A stretch of DNA of 64,000 nucleotides from Octopus vulgaris (GCA_951406725.2 OX597815.1:109864001-109928000), one strand, 5' to 3'. Positions 14,421 to 26,086 are shown, counted from the first letter of the stretch. Numbers and translations: made by a program. Notes: a model not told the origin generated them from the letters alone.

Positions 14421-15845
14421 TGCAAAGTCATGGAACGGATAGTCAGAGGGAAACTAATCGCATTCCTTGAAGAAAATAACTTGCTGAGGGATACCCATCA
14501 TAGTTTTCGACCAGGTAGGAGCTGCATTACTCAGCTCTTACAACATTATGACTGGGTGTTGAGGCATTTACTCAACAAATCAAATGTGGACATAATATAC
14601 CTCGATTTTGCAAAAGCTTTTGACAAGGTGGATCATGGTATGATATGCTACAAACTGCGTAACCTTGGCATAGCTGGAAAACTTGGAGAGTGGTTACATG
14701 ACTTCCTGAAAGATAGGAATCAGGCCGTAGCGGCTAATGGAGTTGCCTCTATGAACACACAAATAGTGAGCGGTGTTCCACAGGGCACTGTCTTGGGACC
14801 ACTGCTTTTTATAGTGGCCCTCTCAGATATGCCCTCAAATGCCCGGATAGCCACCCTTGCAAGCTATGCAAATGATTCGAAGGTCTCACATAAAATACAG
14901 AACCCCAGCGATGTTGCACACCTGCAGCAGTAGTTGGACTCAATTTACAGATGGGCTGAGGATAATAATATGCAGTTTAATGCTGAAAAATTCCAAGCCC
15001 TGCGCTACCAGCATCCAAAACTGAATATGAAACTTAAAGGGTATACCGGTCCACAGGGAATTTCAATCCCAGAGCCTAAGTCAGTAAAGGACCTGGGTAT
15101 CGACATGAATGATGATACCTCTTTCCAAGTGCACATTACCAGGATGGCGACAAAGTGCAGACGACTGGCTGGATGGATCCTAAGAACATTCAGAACCAGA
15201 GACAAGGAAACCATGATGGCCCTCTGGCGGACATTCGTCCTCAGCCGCCTGGATTACCGCTCACAGCTATGATCACCCACCAGTGTGAAATTAACTGCGG
15301 ACCTTGAAGTAATCATGAGAAGATTCACAAAGAAGATCGTCTCTTTGCAACAGCTCAGGTACTGGGAAAGGTTGAAACAGTTAAGACTCTACTCCCTGGA
15401 GAGAAGACGGGAGAGGTATGCAGTAATATATATCTGGAAGATCCTGGAAGGAATTGTGCCAAATTTTGGCATTGAAAGCTACAGCAATGCTAGAACGGGA
15501 CCTCACTGTATAGTGCTAAAGGTCCCAGCAATGCCAGAACGCTTCAGGACCAGTTACTGCAACAGCCTGGGTTTCAAGGGCCCACAGCTTTTTAATATTC
15601 TCTCAAAGAGTTTGAGGAACTTGCACAAAGTAGATGTAGGTTTTTTTAATTAAAGCTGGACCTTTTCCTGTCGAGAGTCCCAGATGAACCTACCTCACAG
15701 CAAGAGGTGCAAATGAGGGTAGCTATATCAAACTCCATGCTTCACCAGGTGCCACATATTAGACGAGGCTCTTAGTAATAACAGTGTAGCAAAACGGCGG
15801 CGCATCAGCATGGCCACAGCTCTGAGCAGAAACTAGAGAGAAAAA
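14421..15845 (+). mobile_element. CR1/L2-group LINE, 5'-truncated RT plus 3' end
   Basis: YLDFAKAFDKVDH, GVPQGTVLGPLLF, SYAND, RLDY.SQL, YWERLKQLRLYSLERRRER. Stops at 14931 and 15270; 3' UTR ends CATGGCCACAGCTCTGAGCAGAAACTAGAGAG. Confidence 0.93.
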
Positions 15846-15879
15846 ATTATTATTATTATTATTATTATTGAGATTATTA

Positions 15880-15968
<89 letters not shown>
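15846..15968. repeat. (TAA)n microsatellite at the 3' junction of the Dong element
   Basis: Read directly. Confidence 0.95.
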
Positions 15969-15971
<3 letters not shown>

Positions 15972-18180
15972 TAGTTTTATTTTTATAGCGTGCTTTCACT
16001 TCACTACCGAGCGCAGCTCTGTGTGCCTTGGGTATGTGCTGTGATTTGTTGTGATGCTCTGATGGTTATTGTATGGAAAGTGTTCTGCGTAGGATGTGTG
16101 CAGTGCCTAGTAGTGCAATTTTCTGTATGTTATATGTGTTTGTAAGTCGTGGTGTTTTTGTTATGTATTTGTCTGAATATTTTTTTATCATGCCTAATGC
16201 ACCTACTATGATAGGAATTGTTTCTGTTTTCAGATTCCACATTCTAGTTACCTCTATTTCCAGGTCTTTGTATTTTGAGAGTTTCTCCATTTCTTTTAGA
16301 GACACGTTGTCATCAGCCGGTATTGATACATCAATTAGAAAGCATTTTTTTCTTCATGGTCTCTGACAACTATATCTGGTCTGTTGGCCTTAATTTCTCT
16401 GTCTGTGTGTATCGGCATATCCCAGAGTATGGTTGCTTTCTCGTTTTCTGTGACCTTTTCTGGTGTGTGCCTATACCATCTTTTTTCTGTTGTTATTCCA
16501 TAATGTTGGCATAGCTTCCAATGTATGTAGGTTCCAACTCTGTCATGTCTGTGAATATATTCCTTCTTAGCCAGGACTGGGCAGCTAGAGATAATATGAT
16601 TTATTGTTTCTTGTCCATCTCCACATATTCTGCAGTTACTTGTAATATTTCTTTTCATTACATGTTTTTGGTAATTTCTGGTGGGGAGGCTTTGGTCTTG
16701 TGCTGCAATTAAAAATCCCTCTGTTTCTGCTTTGAGTCCTGAGCTTCTCAACCATTGCTGGGATTTTTCTTTGTCTATTTCTTTTGCGTTTAGTTTAGTC
16801 CAGTATTTACCATGAAGGCGCTTTTCTCGCCATCGTTTTATCATGGTTCGTTGCTGTTCTATTTTTAGTTTGGATTTCATTTGTTTTATAGCTTTTGTTG
16901 TTTCTCCATCTTCTTCTTCTTCTTCATGTTTATTAGGTGGTATGATTTCTTGTTTGTATTTGTCAGCTTCCTTAAATACTGAGAACAGTTTTTTGTTTTG
17001 CTCGTGTTTTGCCGCTATCTGGATCAGTTTTCCTTCCTTCTGAAGTAGATATTTTTGCAGTCCTATGGTGGTTATTTTATAGTAGTTTTCCAGCTGTATA
17101 AGGCCTCTACCACCTTCTATACGTTGTATATATAGTCTTTCTATGTCAGATTTTGGGTGATGCATCCTAGATCCTGTCATTATTTTTCTTGTTTTCCTAT
17201 CTATTTTGGTCAGTTCATTTCGTGTCCAGTTAAGGATATTGTAGCTGTAACTTATAACTGGGACAGCTAAAGTGTTGATACCTATTATCTTGTTTTTAGC
17301 ATTGAGCTCTGTGTTTAGTATTGATCTAACTCGTCTATAATATTCTTTTTTTATTTTCTCTTTCATTTGTGTGTGTTGTGTCTTATCTAGTTCATGGATT
17401 CCTAAGTATTTGTAAGTTTGGCTTTGGTCTAATTCTTTTATTTCATTGGTTTTATCTAGTGTGATGTTGTTACTCTTAACTAGTTTTCCTCTTTTCATGG
17501 TTACTTTGGCGCATTTTTCTAATCCAAATTTCATATCTATTTCTTTGGTAAATCCATGAACTGTCTTTAATAGTGTTTCCAGCTGTTTGTCATTTGCAGC
17601 GTATAGTTTTAGGTCATCCATATATAAAAGGTGGCTGATCGTTTTGCCGTAACATTTATATCCGCATCCAGTTCTATTTAGCATATCAGATAGAGGTGAC
17701 AGTGCCAAGCAGAAAAGGAGTGGAGAGAGCGTGTCTCCCTGGAATATTCCTCTTCTAATGGGGATGTCTTTGGTTTTCATGAGTCCCTCTTTTGTTTGGA
17801 GGTGTAGGACTGTTTGCCATTTATTCATAGAGTGCTCTATGAATTTTATGATTGTTGGTGCTACTTTGTTAATGGCTAGTGTTTCGAGGATCCATGTGTG
17901 GGGGATGCTATCAAACGCCTTTTTGTAGTCAATCCAGGCCATACTGAGGCCTTTCTTCTTTCTGTGGCTGTCTTCAGTTATGGCTTTATTAATCATTAGT
18001 TGATCTTAACAGCCATATGAGCCTTTGCGGCATCCTTTCTGCTCTTCTGGGAACAGTTTGTTTTCGTCCAGGTGCTTGTTCAGCCTTTGAGATATCACTG
18101 CAGTAAATGCCTTGAACATAGTAGGGAGGCAGGTTCTTGGTCTGTAGTTTTCTGGTTTTTCTGTTTCATTTGATTTGGGA
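15969..18180 (-). mobile_element. R4/Dong-clade non-LTR retrotransposon (RT plus restriction-like endonuclease), 5'-truncated, inserted in (TAA)n
   Basis: AWIDYKKAFDS, RGIFQGDTLSPLLF, HLLYMDDLKLY, YKYLGI, GGRGL, CCHC CRIC..ETINHIISSC, RHD, NRPDIVV..LIDVSIP..EKLSKY. (TAA)n on both flanks (15846-15968 and 18181-18208), the established Dong target. Confidence 0.93.
16066..18180 (-). pseudogene. Dong-like RT-RLE reading frame with one stop (~18008) and one frameshift (~16345)
   Basis: ORFs 16335-17996 and 16066-16305 join across a T run; upstream PENYRP..CLPTMFK..EEQKGCRKGSYGC* is in frame. Confidence 0.85.
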
Positions 18181-19285
18181 TATTATTATTATTATCATTA
18201 TTATTATTCAATCGAAGGAAAAAAACAATTTCCTTCAAAGTGATGGAAAACATGCAATTTTCACTGGTTCTTCAGTTAAATAACACAATATAGTAGAGAA
18301 CAAATCGGAAAGCAATTACACGAACTTTAGTTAATGATATTTCGAGGCGTGTTTCATATTTATCTTTTAATGAGGAAATCTTTATTATAATGCAGAATAT
18401 TATAACGTAGACCTTAAAAAAGCAGGTTATATGCTCAGGATTGTATATTGTAATAGAAATGAAGACAATAAAAAATATTATTATAATATGGTAAATCGGT
18501 AGACAACGGGGTGTGTGGATCTAATAGTAGTGATGTGAGTAATAAAATTAAAATTCATAAATCTCATAAAAATATAAATAGTAATAAAGTAGATGAGATA
18601 ATTTATAAATTAACCACTACAGAATCTGAAGATAATCAAAGTAAGAGCAGAATGAAATATAGTGTAAATGTATCTTCTAAATCAAAACCAATAATGTAGA
18701 TACACCAAGTTTGTATTATCATAATAATATTGATGCTATTAATGATAAAAAATAATTGTAATTATAGTAGTGGTAGGAATAAGAAAAGTATGGTAATTAT
18801 AATATTCTATATGAAAATAGGCTTAAGTTTAAGACTAAAAAGTATACCCCATATACAGGTTTTGATTCACTTAAAACCATTAATTCTGTAACTGAAAATA
18901 ACGTTTGGTTTATTATCCCTTATGCAAGACAAATAAAGACTAATTTCGTTAAGCTTTTTTACAGATGTATATCTAAACGTTTCAATAAAGAAAATAAATA
19001 TAATATAATAATATATGATAAAGAGATCCGAATTGACTTTTGAGTATCGAAAAATTTGTTTAGAATTATATCTTCAATTAATAACAAAAAATTAGACATT
19101 TTTCATAATAATAGAAATAATAATTCTATTACTGATAATTATGTCGCTACAACTTTTGTTTGTAGATTTAAGGATAAAAGTTTCCTCAATAATTTTTGTA
19201 TGTGCCTTAATTATGCATCTTATTGAATAGTTATGCATTTATGAATATTTCTTGTAGCTCCTATAATAATATTTAGTATATATCA

Positions 19286-19517
19286 AGGCGGTGAGCTGGC
19301 AGAATCGTTAGCACACCGGCTGAAATGTTTAGCGGCATTTCGTCTGCCGCTACGTTTTGAGTTCAAATTCCATCGAGGTCGACTTTGCCTTTCATCCTTT
19401 CGAGGTCGATTAACTAAATACCAGTAACGCACTGGGGTCAATGTAACCGACTTAATCCCTTCGTTTGTCCTTGTTTGTCCTGTCTATGTTTAGCCCCTTG
19501 CGGACAAGAAAGAAAAA
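19286..19517 (+). mobile_element. SINE family A, full length with TSD
   Basis: Head, core and tail match; 18-bp duplication AATATT(T/C)AGTATATATCA on both sides. Confidence 0.9.
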
Positions 19518-20368
19518 AATATTCAGTATATATCATACGATTATGTTCTTTCGAACTTATATGCACATAAAAACTATAGAAATATAAAACTATTAGCTTA
19601 CTCTAATTTATTTTCTTCTGTAAAACTAAGTAACATTCAGACAATTTATTTATATATCATTAACTTTTTTATGTAAGAAATAGTATAGTTTATAATAATC
19701 GTAATTTATGCATTTGTTTAGCATCGGCGTATTTAGTAGAAACCTTAGAATAATGAATCCTTGATTAAAAGTTTACTTTAATGTATTTCGTGTGTGAATA
19801 AAATATATCCTTATTTATCTTTTCATAATAGTATATATAAATTTAAATAAATATGTATTTCCTATTCCACCATAAATTCTTAACATATTATATAGATTTT
19901 ATATAATAAAAATGGGCAGTGATTATTTTAGATTAAAATATCTTTAAATTAATATTATTAAAAATGTATAAGAACATTTTCTGGCCGTCGTAATTGTTTT
20001 GTTTATTTAATTTATTTTATCTATTTGAATTTTGGTTTTGTTTTTATTATATTTATTATATTTTTAAATTAGTAACGCTCTCGCTTGTAAACATAGGTGT
20101 ATTTAAAATCAGTCTATTTTATGATCTAGCAGTCCTTGCATGTAATTTTTGTCTCTTTTTCTTTTGGAAAAATTTTATCCTGACTAGCTTCATATGCATA
20201 AATATGAATATTTAATAAATTCACTAGTGGATATGAATCAAAGCAAATTCTAGTTTACATATATGCTTCAATTATTTGTTATATTATACCTTTTTATAAT
20301 ATGATTATATTATAATATATTGCTAATACATTTATATGTCAATTGTATTTCTCTATTTCCTTTAATTA

Positions 20369-20373
20369 ATATA

Positions 20374-20409
<36 letters not shown>

Positions 20410-20550
20410 TGTATGTATGTATGTATGTATGTATGTATGTATGTATGCATGCATATATATATATGTATGTATGTATGCATGTATGTATGTATGTATGCAT
20501 GTATGTATATACAGACAGAGAGAGAAAAAAGAGAGAGAGGGGGAGAGAGA
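20369..20550. repeat. (TATG)n and (GA)n microsatellites
   Basis: Read directly. Confidence 0.9.
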
Positions 20551-21357
20551 AAACATGTTTGCCCTAACATACACATAAAATATAAATATAATAATATACG
20601 TTGTATGTGAAACACTCAGGAAGTAAGGGGGTTTTGCTAATGCGCAGAAACAATTGTAATATGGATCAATGCTTGTTCATTCCATCTTCTTGTATGATAA
20701 ATCATCTTTCGAAGAATTCGGCGTCCAACTAATAGATTCCCACATATCAACCCATCGATTTTCTCATCCACTGTTCTTGAAGGGGGTCGCGGGTGTAGAG
20801 TCTTCAGGCATGTCCTCCTTAGGGTTTCCTATCAGAAGCAACCGTCACTACACTTTCCGACCGTATGAATATATGTGTGTGCATGTGTGCTTGTGCGTGT
20901 GTGTTGTGCGTGCGTGCGTGCGCGTGTGTGTGTGTGTGTGTGTGTGTGCCCGTGTGTGTGTGTGCCCGTGTGTGCGCGTGAGTATGCATGTGTATATGTG
21001 TAATTATTTTGCATGTATTTATGCGCGCGTGTGTTTGCGTATGTGCGCGCATGTATATATTACTGGTCATTGTGCCTTTCTTTATTCATTCATGATATAT
21101 TTGTAGTCTGAAGTGAAGTAATCTGTATAAGTGCGCACTCACTGTGTGAGTAGGTATATACGCTCTCTGCTGTCTATGCCTTTGTTCTGCTTTCTATGAA
21201 GAGGTTTGTTTTGTGGTTGGGTCCTTAAGTAGGGAACTTTCATTCACATCACTCTTTCACTCTCACTTGCTTTCCTGTCAACAACACCTGCCCTCCACTT
21301 TCTCCTTGACATCCACTTCCTTCCCTCTCCCTTCAGTTTGTAATCGTCCACTTCAGC

Positions 21358-21625
21358 TGTTGTTGTTGTTGTTGTTGTCATTGTTGTTGTTGGTGGTGGT
21401 GGGTGGTGGTATTGGTGGCGATGGTGGTATTGGTGGTAAAAATGGTAGTCTTGTTGATCGTGTTCATTTTTCTGCTACCGACTCTATAACCAATACCACC
21501 ACCACCACCACCACCACCACCACCACCACCACCACCACCATTACTACTACTACAACAACAATCACCACCATCGCCACAACCACCATCACCACCACCACCA
21601 CCACCACCACTACTACCTCTACAAG

Positions 21626-21665
<40 letters not shown>

Positions 21666-21727
21666 GCTGCTGCTGCTACTACTGCTACTACAACTTAAGC
21701 CACCGCTTACACCACCATTATTACCAC
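21358..21727. repeat. Trinucleotide mosaic (TTG/GGT/ACC/ACT/GCT)n
   Basis: Read directly; gives the poly-Thr ORF. Confidence 0.9.
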
Positions 21728-22087
21728 TTTAATTATTTTGACAAATTTCATTGAAGAAGAACTAAAGGCAAAATTGAATACAATTTTTTAAATTAAAGAA
21801 ATATAATCTCTCTCCCCCTCCCCCTCTCTGTCATTCTCCGTTTTTCTCAAATCTTTAGGCTAAGATCAAAGTGCAGCGTACGTGTATTTGTGTGTGTGTG
21901 TGTGAATTCCCTCCTTTTTACTCTCTTTAAGGAGAAAATCTCTTAAAGAATATTGTTTTCTCCTTAAGAACGTCACTCTGGAGAAGTTACAAGTATTGTT
22001 GTCCCATTAAGACATGACTTTAAGACATCTTCACTGCAATTGAAATGAAAGAACTTTTCGTAGAAAAACATATAAAATGTTGCTCTG

Positions 22088-22516
22088 TCCCAACGTGTGG
22101 AACCTTAGGCAACTTTTCTTTTACGAAGGGTTGCTGAAAAATTCCTGGCTTTAAGGGTGTCGTGATAGACCTGGTTGAAGGCCCAGCCTTCCTGCAATAC
22201 GTGTGTAAATCTGAGAGGGGAACGTATTGAATAAAATTATAATTAACTGATCCTCCTGTATTTTCTTTTACTCAAAGCTAGGAGTATTCCAATACCCACT
22301 AGTGCTATAGCCTCGGGCTGACAAAGCTGTGTCAGTGGATTTTGAGGGAGAAAACCGAAAGGCGCCCACCGTATATACACACATGTGTGTGTGTATGTGT
22401 GTAACTTTGTCCCTCCACTACAGCCGGTGTTTGTGTGTTTACGCTCTCGTAAAAGAAGTCGAGTACATTTCTTCATGGCTGCAGTCAAAATGACTGAAAC
22501 AAGTAAAAGATAAAAG
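22088..22516 (+). mobile_element. SINE family B interrupted by a mariner-derived MITE
   Basis: GTCCCAACGTGTGGAACCTTAGGCAACTTTTCTT precedes the insert; CTATAGCCTCGGGCTGACAAAG...GCAGTCAAAATGACTGAAACAAGTAAAAG follows it. Confidence 0.7.
22122..22301 (+). mobile_element. Mariner-derived non-autonomous element (MITE)
   Basis: Left TIR TACGAAGGGTTGCTGAAAAATTCCTGGCTTT; degenerate right TIR AAAGCTAGGAGTATTCCAATACCCACTA; internal transposase end CVNLRGERIE*. Confidence 0.65.
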
Positions 22517-22676
22517 ATGCATATATATATGAGTGTGTGTGGGGGGGGGGGGTGTAGGCGCAGGTTGTGTGGTAAGAAGTTTGCTTCCCAGCCATATGGT
22601 TCCGGGTTCACTTCTACTGCGTCACACTTTGGGTAAGTGTCTTCTACTACAGGCAACCAAAGCCTTGTGAGTGGAT
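22517..22676 (+). mobile_element. SINE family B, 5' half
   Basis: GGCGCAGGTTGTGTGGTAAGAAG...GGTTCCGGGTTCAC...AAAGCCTTGTGAGTGGAT. Confidence 0.75.
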
Positions 22677-23300
22677 GTCGACTAAAAGAAACGAATTTCT
22701 GAAGACATTAGCTAAATATAATTACTACTTATGTGTTTCAAAACAAACAACGGACACATGGAGTCTTCATCAGCATTTTTTTTTTGAGAATATTTATGTA
22801 AAAGAATCGAGTTTCTTCTTTAAGTTTGCTTAATCATGGCGCCGTAAGTTGTTTACAAGTAGTATTATTCAAAAGCTTTTCACTAAAAACGGGACAGTTA
22901 AGGATTGATGTAGTGAATAGCATCGGCTTTTATTATGCATATCATGGAGGCATACTTTTGAGCGTCGATCTTTACTATGCATACGAAGTAGGCATATTTG
23001 AGCGTTGGCTTCATACACAAACCATGTATAGAGCCAGAAAACATATTCTCAGTGCTATTTACAGCTAAAATTATATTCTCAGAACTCTAATTCTAGAGCT
23101 GAAATGTTTAGCAACTGCAAGCATACAAAAAAATTTCTGCTGTCTAAAACCCTCTTCGGATTCAGCATGATGTCTCACAGGCTTTGGCCTTCTTCCCGTT
23201 GAATCATTCTATACTTGCTAGATTAACTATGATTTCAACAGACAAAGGGAACCCAACTTTTGGTTTTATTTCATTTATTTTTGGGGGTTTTTCTGCTTTT

Positions 23301-23652
23301 TAGTAAAGTTTATATGCCAACAGAATGTGGCGGTCTTATAAAGGGCGTTATTATTGCTATTTAAGGAAAACATCTTTTCCAGCTGGCTATCCACACACAC
23401 AGTCTGACTTCTTATAGTGTTTGCAATGGAGGTCATTGCTCCTATTTCCAGCTTTGCGTGATACTCACAAATGATGGTTTACGTGAGTATCCCGTAAAGC
23501 TGGAAATGGGAGCGATGACCTTCCTTGCAAACACTATACGGACACAGACTGTGTCGATAGCCAGCTGGAAAATATATTTTCCTGGGCTTAAACAACAGTA
23601 ACATCGTAATATATGAGCACCGCCACGTCCTGTTGGCAAATAAACTTTACTA
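23301..23652. mobile_element. ~350-bp palindromic foldback element (MITE-like)
   Basis: Left arm TAGTAAAGTTTATATGCCAACAG...TTCCAGCTGGCTATC...ATAGTGTTTGCAA...GATACTCAC is the reverse complement of right arm GTGAGTATC...TTGCAAACACTAT...GATAGCCAGCTGGAA...CTGTTGGCAAATAAACTTTACTA; ~14-nt centre. Confidence 0.85.
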
Positions 23653-24307
23653 TTCTGTACTGTTACAGTATATCTCTCGCTGAGAGATTTAAAACAAGTT
23701 GTTTTTCTACTTTTTGTTCTCTCTTTATGTCTTTTTTATTCCAACTTTTGCATTCACCTTCCTCTCGCATTCTATAGTTTCTTCTCATAGACAGAGCCAC
23801 GTTGTGTATTCGAGCATTGAGGATTGCTCGGAGATTCAAGACATGAGATATAAATTTGCCGAATTATTTGGTTTGTACAGCATAAAACGACTAGTAGCTC
23901 GCATTAAATTATCGTGTATATTAAATGATACATACATACATACATACATACATACATACATACATACATACATACATACATACATACATACATACATGCA
24001 TGCATGCATACATACGTACATACATACATTATATATATAGATATATATTGGAAAGTAATTGGCGGAGCTTGTATTAAAGCAAGCTGTGTGAATTGGCCTG
24101 CAAACTTCCAGGCACAACAATTATTAAATGATACTTACCTGTCACTGGGTGGAGTACCTGATTTTGTTGAACCCTGACATGAACGGAAATGTATACACCG
24201 TATATATAAGTATATATATATTCACTGTTCTCGCTCTGTTAACGTCTTGGCGTTCAGACGAGTGTACTGTTATAGATGTGGCAACATTTGAAATATTGTT
24301 GAGGTTT

Positions 24308-24380
24308 ATGCAGCTGATGAGGATAAATCAATTATACGATTGGCATTCGTATTTTCAAAAATCCGAAACCGGTACTGCAT
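24308..24380 (+). ncRNA. Type I hammerhead ribozyme motif (canonical core)
   Basis: Stem I ATGCAG/CTGCAT; CTGATGA (24314-20); stem II GGAT/ATCC; GAAA (24365-68); palindromic stem III ACCGGT; cleavage triplet GUA (24372-74). Confidence 0.8.
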
Positions 24381-24695
24381 TATCCGTTATCTAGGTTTTT
24401 CATTTTTCAGATGTTCTTCCTAGAGGTAAGACAATTTTTTTCATGTTTGTTGCACACACGCATCTTTACTAGTACATACGCAGTGAAGCTATACATTAGC
24501 GTCGTATTTATTACGTTCGCTATTTCCAGTAAATATCGGTTTTCGTTGTACCATTTATTTACTTTTATATATATAAATATATATATATATATCGCCACAA
24601 ATAGCAGTTTTGTAATGGACAGGGTACACACTATAGAGAAAAAAAACGGACAACATAATATAAGTACTGAAAAGGATGGGAATCAATAGGCTGAT

Positions 24696-24756
<61 letters not shown>

Positions 24757-25086
24757 TAAGAGAGATAGGGAGAGGGAGAAAGAGAGAAAAAGAGAAAGAA
24801 AAAGCGATTGATAAATAGGAAGATAAAATCTTAGATAGATACATAGATAGATAGATAGATAGATAGATAAGGAGAGCGAGAGACAGAGAATAAGAGGAAG
24901 AGAGAGAGAAAGAGCGTGAGTACGGGTGTTTTTATATGCAAGTGTTGTCCCTCAGTGAAGGAAAAATATATGAGAAAGGGCAAGAGTGCAGAATGATGAG
25001 AAAGAGAAATAGGAAAAAGAAAAGAGAAGAGTGGTTGGGGTGAGGCTGACTGATAGTGATGGAAATACATAGTGAGTGCGTGTGTT

Positions 25087-25129
<43 letters not shown>

Positions 25130-25239
25130 CACAGTGAGTGGAGAGTATGGGAGAAAGCGAAGAGAATCGGCGAATGAGTACGTTTGTGCATATTTGCATA
25201 TATGAATGTATTTATCTGAGTGTATGATTACGGAGTGCT

Positions 25240-25520
25240 GGTTATGATGATTGGGATTGTGGTGGTAGTGATGACGGTGATAGCAGTGAATACGATTATG
25301 GTAGTGATGGTGATGATGGCAGGGTGATGGTAGGAGCGACAATGATAATGGTGGTGATCTTAATAATGATATTGATGGTGGTAGAGTTGGCGAATGCATT
25401 AATGATTGTGATGGTTGTGATGATGCTAGTGATGTCGACAGTGGTGAGAGTGATGGCGGTGGTGGCTGTGATGGCGGTGGTGGTGGTGGTGGTGGTGCTG
25501 CTGCTGCTGCTGCTGATGCA
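25240..25520. repeat. (GGT/GAT/GCT)n trinucleotide mosaic
   Basis: Read directly. Confidence 0.85.
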
Positions 25521-25987
25521 GTGACGGTGGTTTTGGTGGAGGTGAAACCCAATTGGTCAAAGAAAACAATGATACCAAGAAAGCTTTTCAATGAAACCGC
25601 AGATGTCATTTTGAACGACAATGATTCGTGATGTCCTCAAGGCTTGCTACACCCGACGACAGTCGCCCTAAAATTATAGACAGAAAGAAAGATGGAGAGA
25701 TGGAGAGGGAGAAGGAGGTGGAGGGAGGAAAAGGCGGTGAAAGAAAAGGTATTTGTGTTAGAGCGACTAAGAGATACAGAGGTAAAGGAAGACAATCAAA
25801 CAGAGAGAGGGGGGAAGAAAGACAAAGAAGAAAAGCAGATGTAATCAGAGAGAGGGAGCAGTGGAAGAGACAGAGTGAGAGAGAGTGGGCGGAGGGAGAG
25901 ATCGAAACAGAAAAGAAGAGAGTAAAACAGTGACAAGAATGGAAAGAAAGAGAAAAATATAAAATAGAGTGATTGTATAAAATAACG

Positions 25988-26034
<47 letters not shown>

Positions 26035-26086
26035 TGAGAGAGAGAGAGTGTGAGAGAGAGAGAGAGAGAGAGTGTGAGAGAGAGAG
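25988..26086. repeat. (TG)n-(GA)n microsatellite
   Basis: Read directly; a (CT)n tract also lies at 26428-26534. Confidence 0.9.

Noticed and set aside
21213-21698. Mucin-like poly-Thr ORF with a hydrophobic stretch
   Set aside because: Trinucleotide mosaic, GTG start, no splice support.
22715-22780. Minus-strand CTGATGA...GAAAC hammerhead candidate
   Set aside because: Stem I does not form and stem II is weak.
24932-25621. 229-aa Ala/Pro/His-rich ORF resembling a transcription factor low-complexity region
   Set aside because: Runs into (CA)n and has no DNA-binding domain; explained by repeats.
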